Shown one piece after another: positions 46,835-58,351 of a DNA stretch of 64,000 bases. The notes below the pieces were generated by a model. It was not told the origin of the DNA, ran no database searches, and worked only from the letters and a program-made list of their open reading frames with translations. Position 1 is the first letter of the stretch. Every line of letters begins with the position of its first letter. The DNA is from an uncultured virus (IMG/VR IMGVR_UViG_3300003321_000657) (lineage: Duplodnaviria; Heunggongvirae; Uroviricota; Caudoviricetes), in IMG/VR virus record IMGVR_UViG_3300003321_000657; one strand, 5' to 3'. Made by a program: the position numbers and the translations under genes.

Positions 46835-48424
46835 ATGGCTAATGAAATATCACGTGTCGAGCAGGCGATGATTACTCTCGACGAAACCGTCAAGCAGTTC
46901 GCGATGGCGCAAGCGCCGGAGGTCGGCAAGACCTTCGTCGAAGTCTTCCGCCGCGCTGCAATCGTCCGTAAGCTGGAGAGCCTACTGACCGACGAAGTCA
47001 TGACGGTCGCGATCATCCCGCTCAAGGATAAGTCCTTCGGCTTCAGGACGGATGAAGACGCGCGCGTAGCCAAGGGCAAGTCTCCGTACAACGTCCACCA
47101 GATCCGCAATGTCATGATCGACGCGATCATGCGCGGCCTGCGGCCGACGAATAATGAGCTGAATGTGATCGCCGGAAACTGCTACATGGCCAAGAACGGC
47201 GCCAAGAGGCTTGTGCGGGAGTTCCCCGGCTTGACCGATCTCGTTCTTCATCCCGGGACGCCGAAGATGATGCAGGGCGGAGCTGTGGTCGAGATGACGG
47301 CCGACTTCAAGCTCAACGGCAAGCCAATGAGGTTAGAGCGCAAGGGCGCGGAAGCATTCGCGATCCGCCTGATCGGCGATCAAGGCGCGGATGCGGCGTT
47401 GGGCAAGGCCGATCGAAAGATGCACGCATACATCTTAGAGACGCTCACCGGCACTGAGCACTCGTCGGCCGATATGGATGAGATCGACGGCGAAGCCAAG
47501 GTCGTACTCCCGGCGCCGGGCGAGGCAGCGAACGGCCACACGAAGGAACTGCCGCCAGCGCCACAGACCGTCTCGCGCACGGAGCAACTCAAGGACGCGA
47601 TGCGTACGCAGGAAACCAAGCGCGGCAGCGCCAATCCGACCAACCAGAAGCCTGCGGCCACGGCGGCTCCGGCTCAGACGAAGGAAAAGCCGAAAGAGCA
47701 GCCCAAGCCAGCGCCAGCTCCAGAGCCTGCGCCAGCGGCCGATAAGCCGAACGACTTCGAACCAGCTCCGCCGCCAGCCAATGACGAGGAGCTGATGAAG
47801 AAGGCGAAGGCGACGCTGGCGCTATGCCGCGAGCAAAAGATTGCAGTCAAGCAGATGGACCCAGTGATCAAGGATGGGAAGGTCTACCATCCTAATCTGA
47901 CGCCGACCGGCGCATACAAGGGCGCTTCGCCAGCAGCCGCCACCGTCCCGGCCGGAGTGCCGACCACTGGCGAAGAGGTGAAGCCGAATGCCGCGCCGCC
48001 GACTGAGCATAGCGCAGCGCCAGCGCAAGCTGCTGCCGCTGCGGCTCCGGCCGAACCGGCAAAGCAGGCGACTGGCGAAGTACTGACGGCCACGTCTGAG
48101 ATCACCAACGTCTCCAAGGTCAAGGATAGCAATCCGACGTGCTGGAAGATGAAGGACGAGACGTCGGGTCAGTACATCACCGAGGACTTCGAACTCGCGA
48201 AGAAGTTCAAGACCGCCTACGAGAAGAAGATCAAGCAGTTGATCGAATACGTGGAACGCTCGGCGCTGACGGAGAAGTACGGAAACAAGTTCTGGGAAGT
48301 CGTCGGCATTTCCGATGCGCCAGTGGATTCCGACATGCCGCCCGGAGCAGACGTATGGCCGGGAGACGATCTCGGCGAAGAGCCAGCGGCCGCAATCGAG
48401 AATCTGCCGGAGACGCCGCAGTAA
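46835..48424 (+). CDS. Putative RecT-like single-strand annealing protein with a long low-complexity tail
   Basis: Next to YqaJ; GLRP..NE..VIAGNCY..KNG...ALGKADRK. Confidence 0.55.
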   Translation: MANEISRVEQAMITLDETVKQFAMAQAPEVGKTFVEVFRRAAIVRKLESLLTDEVMTVAIIPLKDKSFGFRTDEDARVAKGKSPYNVHQIRNVMIDAIMRGLRPTNNELNVIAGNCYMAKNGAKRLVREFPGLTDLVLHPGTPKMMQGGAVVEMTADFKLNGKPMRLERKGAEAFAIRLIGDQGADAALGKADRKMHAYILETLTGTEHSSADMDEIDGEAKVVLPAPGEAANGHTKELPPAPQTVSRTEQLKDAMRTQETKRGSANPTNQKPAATAAPAQTKEKPKEQPKPAPAPEPAPAADKPNDFEPAPPPANDEELMKKAKATLALCREQKIAVKQMDPVIKDGKVYHPNLTPTGAYKGASPAAATVPAGVPTTGEEVKPNAAPPTEHSAAPAQAAAAAAPAEPAKQATGEVLTATSEITNVSKVKDSNPTCWKMKDETSGQYITEDFELAKKFKTAYEKKIKQLIEYVERSALTEKYGNKFWEVVGISDAPVDSDMPPGADVWPGDDLGEEPAAAIENLPETPQ

Positions 48425-48708
48425 CGAGGAGGTGATGTGTAGCGCATGATGAGGACTGTACGTGTGACACATGTCATTCGAAGCGAGCGTTCGCGTCATT
48501 AAAACGAGTGAGAAATTGAGGCGGCGTGGACAGCGACACGCAGGCGGCGCCGGATGGCGTACGTGACGGCAATTGGCCGGATGGCCTTAACCTTGCAGGG
48601 TTGCCGAGTCGGTGACAATGCGGCGAGTAAGCTTGACCAGTGACTGCAATCATCTGGAGTTTAGCTAAAGCCGACAATTCCGATCCTCAACTTTTTAGGA
48701 TTCGACCG

Positions 48709-49254
48709 ATGGCATCCATCGCTGGCGGACACAAGCCAAACAAAGGCGTCGACAACTGCGACTGGTTGACGCCACCTGAGATCCTGAAGGCGCTCGGTCC
48801 TTTCGATCTTGATCCGTGTGCTGCCCCACGGATGCCGTGGGAGACAGCGAGGAAGATGCTGACGAAGGAGACCGATGGATTTAATGCGGACTGGGGTGAG
48901 TCTCGCGTATTTTTAAATCCGCCGTACGGCCTCCAAACTGCTCCGTGGATGAGAAAAATGTCCGCCCACGGCAACGGGATCGCACTGATCTTCGCGCGCA
49001 CAGAGACCAAGCTGTGGCAGGAGTGGGTGTGGAAACGCGCATCTGGCATTCTCTTTCTGTCTGAGAGGCTGTTCTTTTACGACATGGACGGCCAACGCGC
49101 CGCGCACAATTCTGGCGGACCATCGGCCTTGGTGGCGTATGACCGTAAAGACGGGAGTGGCTGGAATCGATCTTGTTTGAGCATCTGCGGCCTGTCTGGC
49201 GCATTCGTGGACGGGAAGGATGTGAGGTGGTGCGACTCTAGGACTGAACAATGA
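48709..49254 (+). CDS. Phage DNA N6-adenine methyltransferase
   Basis: WLTP, FDLDPCA, FLNPPYG, FARTET. Confidence 0.85.
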   Translation: MASIAGGHKPNKGVDNCDWLTPPEILKALGPFDLDPCAAPRMPWETARKMLTKETDGFNADWGESRVFLNPPYGLQTAPWMRKMSAHGNGIALIFARTETKLWQEWVWKRASGILFLSERLFFYDMDGQRAAHNSGGPSALVAYDRKDGSGWNRSCLSICGLSGAFVDGKDVRWCDSRTEQ

Positions 49255-49501
49255 CCACATTCGAACTGATGCAACAGACTCTCGCGAAGCTACGCGCCGT
49301 CCACGGCTGGGACGGCATGTTCAACATCTGGATTGACCGCTACGGCATCCAGCGCATCCGGCTGGAGTACGCATTAGAGACCGATACGGACGATTCTCCA
49401 GACAGGGTCCATCATTACAAAGAGAGGGTTGGCGGAGAACCGTGGCAGAATCTCGAAGAGTTGATCGCGCAGTTCTGTAAAGAATGCGTGGAGGGTCTGT
49501 G

Positions 49502-49966
49502 ATGGCGCTCGAAGATCCGGAGCAACTCAAGCTGTTGAAGAAGGCGAAGCGGCCCAAGTACGGCAATCAAAAGGTCGAGCTGGACGGCCATGTGTTCGAT
49601 AGCAAGGCTGAAGCGGCGCATTACATCTACCTACGCAAGTTCTGTGGAAAGTGCGGCGATTGCGTAACGATGTTCGTGGTCAAGCCGCCGCCGATCGTGT
49701 TTAGATCCGGAATCAAGTACTACCCGGACTTCTACGTCGCGACATGGCGATACACGCCCGTGTCGGCAATGACTCCGCACGGTAGCGCGAAGAAGATTGC
49801 ATCCCACTACATCGACGTGAAAGGCACGGAAACCAGAACGTTTCTAATGAAGATGAAGATGCTGAAAAACGAATACCCGAAGATCTTCGCGAAGCTCGAA
49901 AAGCCACGGTGGAACGCGGCGCAGGCCGACGCCATGATCAAGGGCTACGAGGCTGAGCCTAAATGA
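49502..49966 (+). CDS. DUF1064-like PD-(D/E)xK nuclease
   Basis: KYGNQKVELDGHVFDSKAEA...YYPDF...IDVKG. Confidence 0.75.
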   Translation: MALEDPEQLKLLKKAKRPKYGNQKVELDGHVFDSKAEAAHYIYLRKFCGKCGDCVTMFVVKPPPIVFRSGIKYYPDFYVATWRYTPVSAMTPHGSAKKIASHYIDVKGTETRTFLMKMKMLKNEYPKIFAKLEKPRWNAAQADAMIKGYEAEPK

Positions 49967-50532
49967 GGAGGGCATTCTTCTACTGTTCGCGCTGCGTGAT
50001 CTGCGGCCAGTTCTTCATTCACCATCACGGCCTGCGGCGGACGGCGTGCAGCAAGAAACAGTGCAAGCAGCGCAACCACAGCCGGAACGCGTGTACGTCA
50101 TACCATCGAAGAAAGGCATCATGAACTACCGTGTGGTCAGCGGACAACTGGACATGCTCGTAGAAGTGAACGGCGGACCTGACAAGGCGATCGCCGAAGC
50201 CTTGGCGCGCAACGAGAAAAAAAGGAAACGTTTTGTTTTATCCAGCGAGATCGAGGTCACGCCGATCGACAAGAAGCCGGTCAAGTTCGTGACCACAGAG
50301 ATCTTAAAGAAGCTTGGTAAATGGGAGGAGGCAAAGGCATGAATGATGAGATTCGCGACTTTGCGCTCTACGTCAACTTCCTCGCGTCAATGACGCTATT
50401 TATCTTCGCCGGGATCGCGTTCGTGGAATTTCGAGTCTGGCGATACCTGTTCGTGTCTCTAGCAGCTCTGGTGTGGCCGTTTCTGGTGAAGCTGGCCGCG
50501 AATTATGTCGAGAAGAAGATTGGAGGAGACTC

Positions 50533-50883
50533 ATGAAGGTTCACCACGTCAAGTCGCGGTCGCATCTGTTTGCCGGGTTCAGCAACGGCACGCGGACATT
50601 CGACCTGCGTTTGAATGATCGTGATTATCAGGTTGGCGATGCGATCGTGTTTGAGGAATGGCGTCACGAACTAGTCACCAGTGACGAACAGCGCTTCACC
50701 GGCAAGAAAGAGGTGCGAGTGATCTCTGCGATCGATCCGATCCTGAATATCCCGGGAGTATTGGATGCGATGCCGATTTCAGATAACTCTAATCCATTCG
50801 GCCGGATCAAAAAGTACGTCATCCTGTCTCTACGTCTAGTGACAGAGATGGACGCGTGCAGGATGTTTAGCGAGTCAAAGTAA
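50533..50883 (+). CDS. ASCH/DUF3850-like protein
   Basis: HHVK...GTRTFDLRLNDRDYQVGD...EW. Confidence 0.75.
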   Translation: MKVHHVKSRSHLFAGFSNGTRTFDLRLNDRDYQVGDAIVFEEWRHELVTSDEQRFTGKKEVRVISAIDPILNIPGVLDAMPISDNSNPFGRIKKYVILSLRLVTEMDACRMFSESK

Positions 50884-51211
50884 AAGGAGAACGTCATGGC
50901 GAGAGAAAGGCTGGCTCCATCGCAACTGGATACACCAGCATTCCGGAAGATCGTCGCAACGGCACCGGATTACATGCGCGATCTGACGGAGCTGTACCGC
51001 GATCACAACGACTATAACGATCGCGTCAAGATCAAGGTCCGCATCAAGATTTTGCTCGACCTTCTGTCGGTCGACACTGCTTACCCGGCCGAGCTACCCA
51101 AGAGTCAGCCGGGCATGAACCGCATCAACGTACACGACAACAACGGCATGGCCGCACCGTTAGCTCCTGCCGTAAATGTCGTCAACCCGATCGCCCAAGG
51201 AGAAGGACGCA

Positions 51212-51706
51212 ATGGAAACCAAGACCAGCTCTGACGTCAACTGCGTGATCGCGGTGACCGGTCCGTCCGGTCACACGCAACTGGAATTTCGCGACGACGG
51301 CGTCGTGATCGACTGGGCCAAGACCACCGGTAAAGAGCGGGACATGATCACGGCCATGATCGAGAACGCCCGCAAGGAAGGCTTCACGACATGGGCGCTT
51401 AACGACGAAGACCAGCCGGAGGAGATCACGGAGAAGCTGCCCGGGTTCTTCTTCAACCGCAAAGGCCGCATGCTGCTCAAGACTGACTCGCCGCCAAAGT
51501 TGCAGGTGCTCGCCAAGGGCATCATTGATCAGCGCATCAAGAACGGCAAGGTGGCGATGGAGGTCGGAAAGGACGGAGAGTGGAAGATCATTTCCTTGGG
51601 CGATTTCCAGCTCAAGATCGCCGACAAAGAGCCCAAGATCAAGAAGGAAGTCGAGAAAAAAGAGCCGCAGAAAGTCCACGTTCAGGAAAAGATTGGAGGC
51701 GGCTGA
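51212..51706 (+). CDS. Hypothetical protein ending in Gly-Gly (possible ubiquitin-like)
   Basis: C-terminus VHVQEKIGGG. Confidence 0.45.
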   Translation: METKTSSDVNCVIAVTGPSGHTQLEFRDDGVVIDWAKTTGKERDMITAMIENARKEGFTTWALNDEDQPEEITEKLPGFFFNRKGRMLLKTDSPPKLQVLAKGIIDQRIKNGKVAMEVGKDGEWKIISLGDFQLKIADKEPKIKKEVEKKEPQKVHVQEKIGGG

Positions 51707-52513
51707 TGAGGCGCATTTCAGAGCGAAGGCTCACGCGGCTGGAGTTCGAGGTCGGCAGCCACGATCCGCACCATCCACTCATTGACATGGTCGAGGAGAT
51801 CCGCGCGCTGCGGAAGCTGGAGGAGGCTGTGCGCGCCCGCGGCGAACTGCCGGAAACGGCCGGGGAGATGGGCATCCGGGAAGAGCTGGCAAAGATCCCG
51901 GAGCTAAAGGAGGAGTGATGAGCGAAAAATTCTGGTTCCGGTTAGCGGCAATGGCCTGTGGAACTCTTATCGGCATCATCGTGATCGTCGAGGTCTCGCG
52001 ACATATGGAAGACCGGCTGTTGTACGAGTCTGGTCTGCGGCCGCAGGTTGAGCACGATGCTCTCGGCAATCGAAGGCTCTACTGGAGTCGGCCAGCATCG
52101 GAGCAGTTCTGATGGCGTTCGACACGAAAAAGCTCAAGCCGCCGCCCGGGCATCCGCGCTTCCGGATCAAAGAGAACGGCGAGATCAGTTTCCAAGTCGC
52201 GCCAGTGAGCTACGGCTGGCGCTTTGTTAGAGAACTGGACGGATATGAGCGCGAATGCGTGTGTTGCGTGGCCTACCGTCACTGGCGGCTGATCCGCGAC
52301 GAAAATCCAGAGAGCTGGGATAACATTAAGCAGGAAAAGATGGCGTCAGATCAGATGCGCTACTGGGATGATTTCCGAGAGAGTAAGTGATCTACAGATA
52401 CCGCGCCCGCTGCCGTCGTTGCAAGCGAGAGATCAGCAGCCCGGTCGAATGGCTGGATAAGCCGTACTGTATGTGCGGACGACAAATGGTTCGATTGCCG
52501 AATAGGACAGACG

Positions 52514-52804
52514 ATGAACTACGACATGACCACACCCTGCAACGACTGTCCATTCCTGAAAAAGTACAAGAAGGGATTCACGACGCGAAGGCTCCAAGAG
52601 TTCATACAGGGCGAGTTTCCGTGCCACAAGACGGCCGAAGACGACGAAGAGGAAGGGCTTGTCGGAACGGATAAAAGCTCTCATTGCGCAGGCGCGCTCA
52701 TCTATATGGAAAAGCACAACCGTAGTCACCAGATGATGCGGATCGCTGAGCGTCTGTGCCTGTACGATCATACGAAGCTAAACATGGAGGCGGATGTACG
52801 ATGA
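52514..52804 (+). CDS. Cys-rich zinc-binding hypothetical protein
   Basis: PCNDCPF...FPCHKT...HCAG. Confidence 0.6.
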   Translation: MNYDMTTPCNDCPFLKKYKKGFTTRRLQEFIQGEFPCHKTAEDDEEEGLVGTDKSSHCAGALIYMEKHNRSHQMMRIAERLCLYDHTKLNMEADVR

Positions 52805-53347
52805 ACGATCCGCTGGTGGAAGTTCGTAACCCGCACGGCATCGATCTGATCAAGATCGCGTTCCGTCGCATGAAGGTTCCACAGAATGTCGTCGATCATC
52901 GCATTATCGCCGGAGATTGTACGCGCGCTGGCGGCGACCGTATCTGTGAGCGCTGTGGCCTCGAATACCGCGATCATCCGGTAATCGACGGCATGGAGTT
53001 TCTTCACGTGATCTGCGATTGGAGGGTGTACAAGCTGTGAATATGATCACCCTGCCTGATCCGAGGGATGCCACGCGCATGATCGAGTTGGAGATCCCAG
53101 CCGACTGCGAGTATTTCCAGCGCGGAGTTTTGAAGCCGGTCTGGAATTTCGTTATGCCGCCCGGCCGCGGGATAGAGATCCGGATCTGCGCCGAGCTGCC
53201 AATCATTGCCGCCGTGGCCGCTGAGTGGTGGGACGCCAAGGCGCAATTCGAAATGTCTCAGAAGGACGACACTTACCGCGCATATGCGCGGAGATGGCGC
53301 TTATTCACGGCTCAACCCACACTCGATAGCGCATTGGAGAACTGACG

Positions 53348-54088
53348 ATGGATCATCCATTTGAACTGGCGCAGAATGCCGTCAAGATCGTCATCGAGCA
53401 CGGCACGCATCACTCCGGCCGAAAACATATCGACGTCCAGCCGGAGTACTGCCTGAAATCCGCCGCTCAAGAGCTATCCGAATTAACGTTCGCAGAAGGC
53501 GTCTCACAGAACTGCGCGGCTGATAATAGACTAGAAGAGCTGGCCGACGTCTTCATCGCGCTCTTCCACTACAAGTTTAAAGTGCTCTATCAAATGCGAG
53601 ACGGTATCACCGATCTTGAGCTGGCGCTCATGATCGTCAAGAAGCTGGCCGCGCGCAATGAAATGCCGCAGAGCTGGAAAGACAAATTGTGGTCGATCGA
53701 AGCATCGCTGATCAATCAGCTACCGATCAGCAATAGAGATGAGTCTCCGTATCCAAAGCGCAAGACGCTTGCCGACTGCAAGACTCCGAACGAAGCGAAG
53801 GCGCTCAATGGCGACAGTAACTACGTCTGCACGGGCAAGTGGTTAGAGGATTCTGGGCAAGCCGGGAGCGCAGTCGTCGTCAGTATCAACGGCAAGGACT
53901 GTTACTATCGCTACGGGCTTACGTGTGTGACCCTCTTCTGGCTCAAGGTCGAAGTGCTGGCGCGAAACGGTTACGGGGCCGATCAGCTCGAAGACTGGAC
54001 ACTCATTACCTACGGCGGATCACGCGTAGATCTAAACCAATTGGTCAGCGTTGGCACGTACTTCCTCAACAAACGTGGCGGAGCTTAA
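53348..54088 (+). CDS. MazG-like domain fused to a possible ubiquitin-like domain
   Basis: QELSEL...LEELADV; C-terminus VVSING...EDWTL...YFLNKRGGA. Confidence 0.5.
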   Translation: MDHPFELAQNAVKIVIEHGTHHSGRKHIDVQPEYCLKSAAQELSELTFAEGVSQNCAADNRLEELADVFIALFHYKFKVLYQMRDGITDLELALMIVKKLAARNEMPQSWKDKLWSIEASLINQLPISNRDESPYPKRKTLADCKTPNEAKALNGDSNYVCTGKWLEDSGQAGSAVVVSINGKDCYYRYGLTCVTLFWLKVEVLARNGYGADQLEDWTLITYGGSRVDLNQLVSVGTYFLNKRGGA

Positions 54089-54090
54089 AT

Positions 54091-55587
54091 ATGTGGGGTG
54101 AATTCCACGACTCTCCATACTTGGTCGCGCTGGCCGAGAATCCGGACTTCGTCCCGGAGAACGAACAGCGCGCCATGGAATTGATGCAATCGCTCTGCGA
54201 TCCGGAGCGCTTTGGCATCTACATCCAGACTGGCTGCATCCACGCGCGCGGCAACCTCACGGGTAAGATCTACCGCATCGAACACGGTAAGGGCCACGGC
54301 GCCGGGTGCTGGGAGCTCGAAGATGGTAAGCCGCAGTTCTACTGGTGTACTACCAAGAGCGCAGAGACATGGAAGGCGGATATTCCCGACACCGACCATG
54401 TCCTCACGCTCAAGAATATGATCGAGGGCGAAGAAGCGCGCTTCCGCACGATCGCCAATCGCAGCTCGGCCGACTACCACCGCATGGATACCTTCGAAGA
54501 TGAGGGCAGCTACCGTAATTTTGCGGCCGTCATGAAACAGAGCCCGTACGAGATCTCGATCGCCAAGGAAAGTAGCGCACTCGAAAAGAAGCACGATCTG
54601 GGAGTGATGATCTACCGCGACCCGTTCTTCGACGAGATCAAGAAGGACGGCGACTCTGGCTTCGAAGACAATGTCGACATGCTTACGGTCGGAGCTGAAT
54701 CCATGTTCCGACTTCACCCGCAGCTCAAGCGCTGGCGCAACAACGCCGGTCCGCATGACATTCAGATTCTCGATGAGATCCGCCCGGGCGATCTGGATCT
54801 TGTCCGCGTCTGCCGCACCAACGATCTGTGGCCGTACGAAGGTGAGCCGCCCGGCTACCCGGGTCCCCGCGCCACGGATGCCTACGCTTGCGAACGCTTC
54901 AATAAGGCACAGCGCCTCCATCACATGACCATGGCCTTCGACGATCGCGTAGAGCACATGGTCCGCAATGAAGCGGCCGATCTTGGTCCCGATAACGGCA
55001 CCTGCTACTTACAAGGGTTTATCGACGGCATGGCAACTGCCCGGCCGCGTCGGCGTGAGCGTGAATGGGCCGGGCTGGAGCGTCTCGATATCAACCCAGC
55101 AGACGCAGAAGGCTACGTCCCGGGCTTTCTTGAAGCGGACGACATGCAGGCGCACATGGAGCCGCGCGATGCCGCCATCTTCCGCGACGCGTACATGCGC
55201 GGCCTTGAAGCCCGCAATCAACAGAACAATCAGCTCAACTATGGATTTGGAAACTACTACCCGCTGGCGATCAATGGTCCGATCGATTGCGGATACAATG
55301 CGAGAACTTTGACGGTCACAAACAGCGCCTACTACACAATTAAGCCGCTCAAGGCGGAGATCGGCGAGATCAGTGACTCGCCCGGCAGGCGCTGCGAAAG
55401 GCTCGAAGACTTCTTCGCCATAGCGTGCGAATACGACGCCATGGCCGGAATCGATGACGCGGCCGAGCTCAAAGAGATTCCTAACGAGGATCTTACAGCC
55501 GCGAAGTGGGATAATGATAAGGTTTGTGGAGTCGATCTGAACCTACCCGACGTGGGGATCATGAAGTATTTCGAGGAGGTGGCATGA
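54091..55587 (+). CDS. Multi-domain hypothetical protein
   Basis: Long ORF; N-terminal RAMELM...TGKIYRI...PDTD..LTLK..IE..E.RF...AN domain. Confidence 0.55.
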   Translation: MWGEFHDSPYLVALAENPDFVPENEQRAMELMQSLCDPERFGIYIQTGCIHARGNLTGKIYRIEHGKGHGAGCWELEDGKPQFYWCTTKSAETWKADIPDTDHVLTLKNMIEGEEARFRTIANRSSADYHRMDTFEDEGSYRNFAAVMKQSPYEISIAKESSALEKKHDLGVMIYRDPFFDEIKKDGDSGFEDNVDMLTVGAESMFRLHPQLKRWRNNAGPHDIQILDEIRPGDLDLVRVCRTNDLWPYEGEPPGYPGPRATDAYACERFNKAQRLHHMTMAFDDRVEHMVRNEAADLGPDNGTCYLQGFIDGMATARPRRREREWAGLERLDINPADAEGYVPGFLEADDMQAHMEPRDAAIFRDAYMRGLEARNQQNNQLNYGFGNYYPLAINGPIDCGYNARTLTVTNSAYYTIKPLKAEIGEISDSPGRRCERLEDFFAIACEYDAMAGIDDAAELKEIPNEDLTAAKWDNDKVCGVDLNLPDVGIMKYFEEVA

Positions 55588-57964
55588 AACTGGTCGATAC
55601 CGACAAGGTCGTGGAGTACGACGACAGCCCGGAGATGCAGCGCAAGGTCTTTGACCGCGTCATCAAATGGTTTGTCGAGCACGACGTCTTCGCGGGCGAG
55701 TCCGTGGCGCAGATGGATTCGTGTCAGGTAGACGCTGCTCCGCTGATGGAGGAGCTTGCAGACGATGTCATCCGGTTCAAGGTGAACTATAAGGAGAGCT
55801 GAGTGTGATCGGCCAAATGAAACGGATGTTCATCGCTGCTCTGATTAAAGGTCCGTTCGCGACGGTCGCAGCGATTTGCGTCTACTGTGCATGCCGATAC
55901 GGAGAATATAGCCCAGCCGGATGCGCTGCCTTCGTTACGGCCGCGCTCCTCATCAACAATGCAATGGATGAGACAGAACGTGGCAGATGATATCAAGCCT
56001 TTCACGCACCAGCTCTTCATCATCCAGAAGAGCACGGGGAACTTCTGTCGGTTGACCGGCTGGAAAGATTACGAAAACGTTTCTGAAATTTGGCTACCAA
56101 TCGGAATCAGGAGCCCGGAGCAATGGCACGAGATACTAAAACAGCACGGCGGAGACCGGTGGCAGGCAACAAGCGAGTACAAAAGCGTCGCGGTCGATGT
56201 AGCTGCGGAAACCGCACCAGCGGCGAAGGACGACTCTGTAACGAATGCTACATCGCGGACTGCTTGTGAGATCCGCTATCCGACCTGCCCGGTCTGCAAG
56301 AAGACTTGGGAGCTTGAGGTCGGAAAGGAATACTCCGCGCCGGGCAATCCGGGACTGACATACCTGCCGGTCATGACACAGCGCGGCCGGGCGACGTGTC
56401 CGAAGTGTACGTTCGATCCGAAGTACCGATCGTCCGGCCGTGATACGGTCAATTCACTGGTGGCGCGACAGCGGGAGAAGAAGCACTGATGATCCCACGC
56501 GGAAAAGAAGGCGACTACCTTGTTGAGATCGAAGTAGACGGCGTCTTCTCGCACCGGAAGTTTACCGGCGAGCATGCGAGCGCCAAGGCTGACACGTATG
56601 CCGCCAACATGAAAGCCAAGGCGTCGTACATCCGCATCTTCCGCTGGGATGGCTGGCATTCGGTAGCGTTCATTACTGGAGATCTCAATGGAAAAGTGCA
56701 CACAAACCGGCGTTGATGTTCATGACTGCCGGTACTGCCAAGGCGAAGCTTGTAACCTCTGTGGCGCCGGATGCTGGAATAGCCGCGAGCGCAACTGCGA
56801 GCATGATGTAGTGCAACGTCACGAGGGTGTCTGTATTCCAAAGAAAGCAGCAGTCGAAAAGATCCTAAAGCAGATTGAGAAACAGAACGAACGCGAACGC
56901 GAGAAAGAGCGCAAGGAACGCGAAGAAGCAGGGCGCGAACACGTCGTCGGTAAGTGCGTTGTTTGCGATGGCATCATCAAGGAGCATAAGTCAATCGAGC
57001 ACACGCGCCTTGGTCCTGCGATCTACGGTCCGGGATCGCGAGGACAGATGAGTCACGGCGTCGTGCTTCACGGATACTACTGCATCGATTGCGGCATCAA
57101 GTACCAGCATCCGCCTAAGAAAGGCAAGAAGCGATGAAACTCTACCGCGATTTTTTGAGGGTGCGAGCGTGAGCATTCCGATGCACGGCGGATACCGCAA
57201 AGGTAGCGGCCGCAAAAAATCCTACGAGATCAAGCGCGAGTGGGATATCGGCAAGTGGGTCGTAAAGCGGATGAAGCCGACCGGCCGCGAGCGCGGATTT
57301 ATGAAATGCTACACGTGCCGCCTGCCGAAGAGTAAGACAGTAGAGCTGGTGATCGGAAATCAAGGCTTCAACATCGGCGAGTATGAAAAGCGGCCGCACG
57401 GAGACTGGATGCGTCTGATGCTGGCGCGGGCGCTCATCCGACTGGTCGAACGCGAAACGGAAACGAGGGCTGCACAGTGAGGAAATTTATTCGGCGGTAT
57501 GTCGCTCGCTCGAAGCGAGGAGGTGGCTACGCCTGCGAGGGCGATACGTCATGCTCGATCGACCATTGCAAACGCGTCAGTGACGCCAAGCTGTTTTACG
57601 GCCCAAGCGCAATATCCCAATGGATGGGAGGACACTACAAAGGCTACGAAGCCGTTCCTGTTAAAATCAGCTACGATCTCGGAGCGGCTGAGGAGATTCA
57701 AGCTCCAGTGGATGATTAATCCGTGGCCAAAAGTAAATTCGAAATAAACGACGTCGTCGATTGCCCGTACTGCGGCCGTCGTGGGACCATCGTCAACCGC
57801 TGGGGCGGCGGCGATCATCCGATCTCCTACCACGTCATCCATAAATGGGCGTGGGTCGATCTCCCGGGCAAGATGGGTGGTACGATCAAGGCAGAAGTTG
57901 TGTTAGAATCGTGTTGGAAAGGCGTCAAACGCATCAACCCTGACTTCATCGAAGAGGAGCCTTT

Positions 57965-58351
57965 TTGATGGAAAGACCAGTCGAGTTCGCTGAGTATCTT
58001 TCTGGTTACAGCCCGGTCTTATATGACGGTTGGTGTGGGGAACCAACAGCGTGGGGATTTAAAATCAGGCAGCGTATGGGAGAAGACAAGTTCTCCGCTC
58101 TCAGTCGCTACATGACATCAATCGGCGGCGGTACAGAATGTGTTACTCTTGGTGAGTGGGTCGCGGTCGTGACCTATCTAAAACCGCAGGAAGCTATTGA
58201 AAAATATGGAGCCATTACTGAGGTAGTTACCGGACCTCGCGGTGGATTCCGCACCGTTAAATACGGAGAAAAGAAATTTGTTTGCAAGCGCCTTGATCCA
58301 AGGCGCGCAGAAATTCCGGTAGATCCACGATTGATTCGAGTTGAAAAATGA
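57965..58351 (+). CDS. Hypothetical protein (lower GC)
   Basis: In-operon ORF, visibly more AT-rich than its neighbours. Confidence 0.5.
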   Translation: MMERPVEFAEYLSGYSPVLYDGWCGEPTAWGFKIRQRMGEDKFSALSRYMTSIGGGTECVTLGEWVAVVTYLKPQEAIEKYGAITEVVTGPRGGFRTVKYGEKKFVCKRLDPRRAEIPVDPRLIRVEK

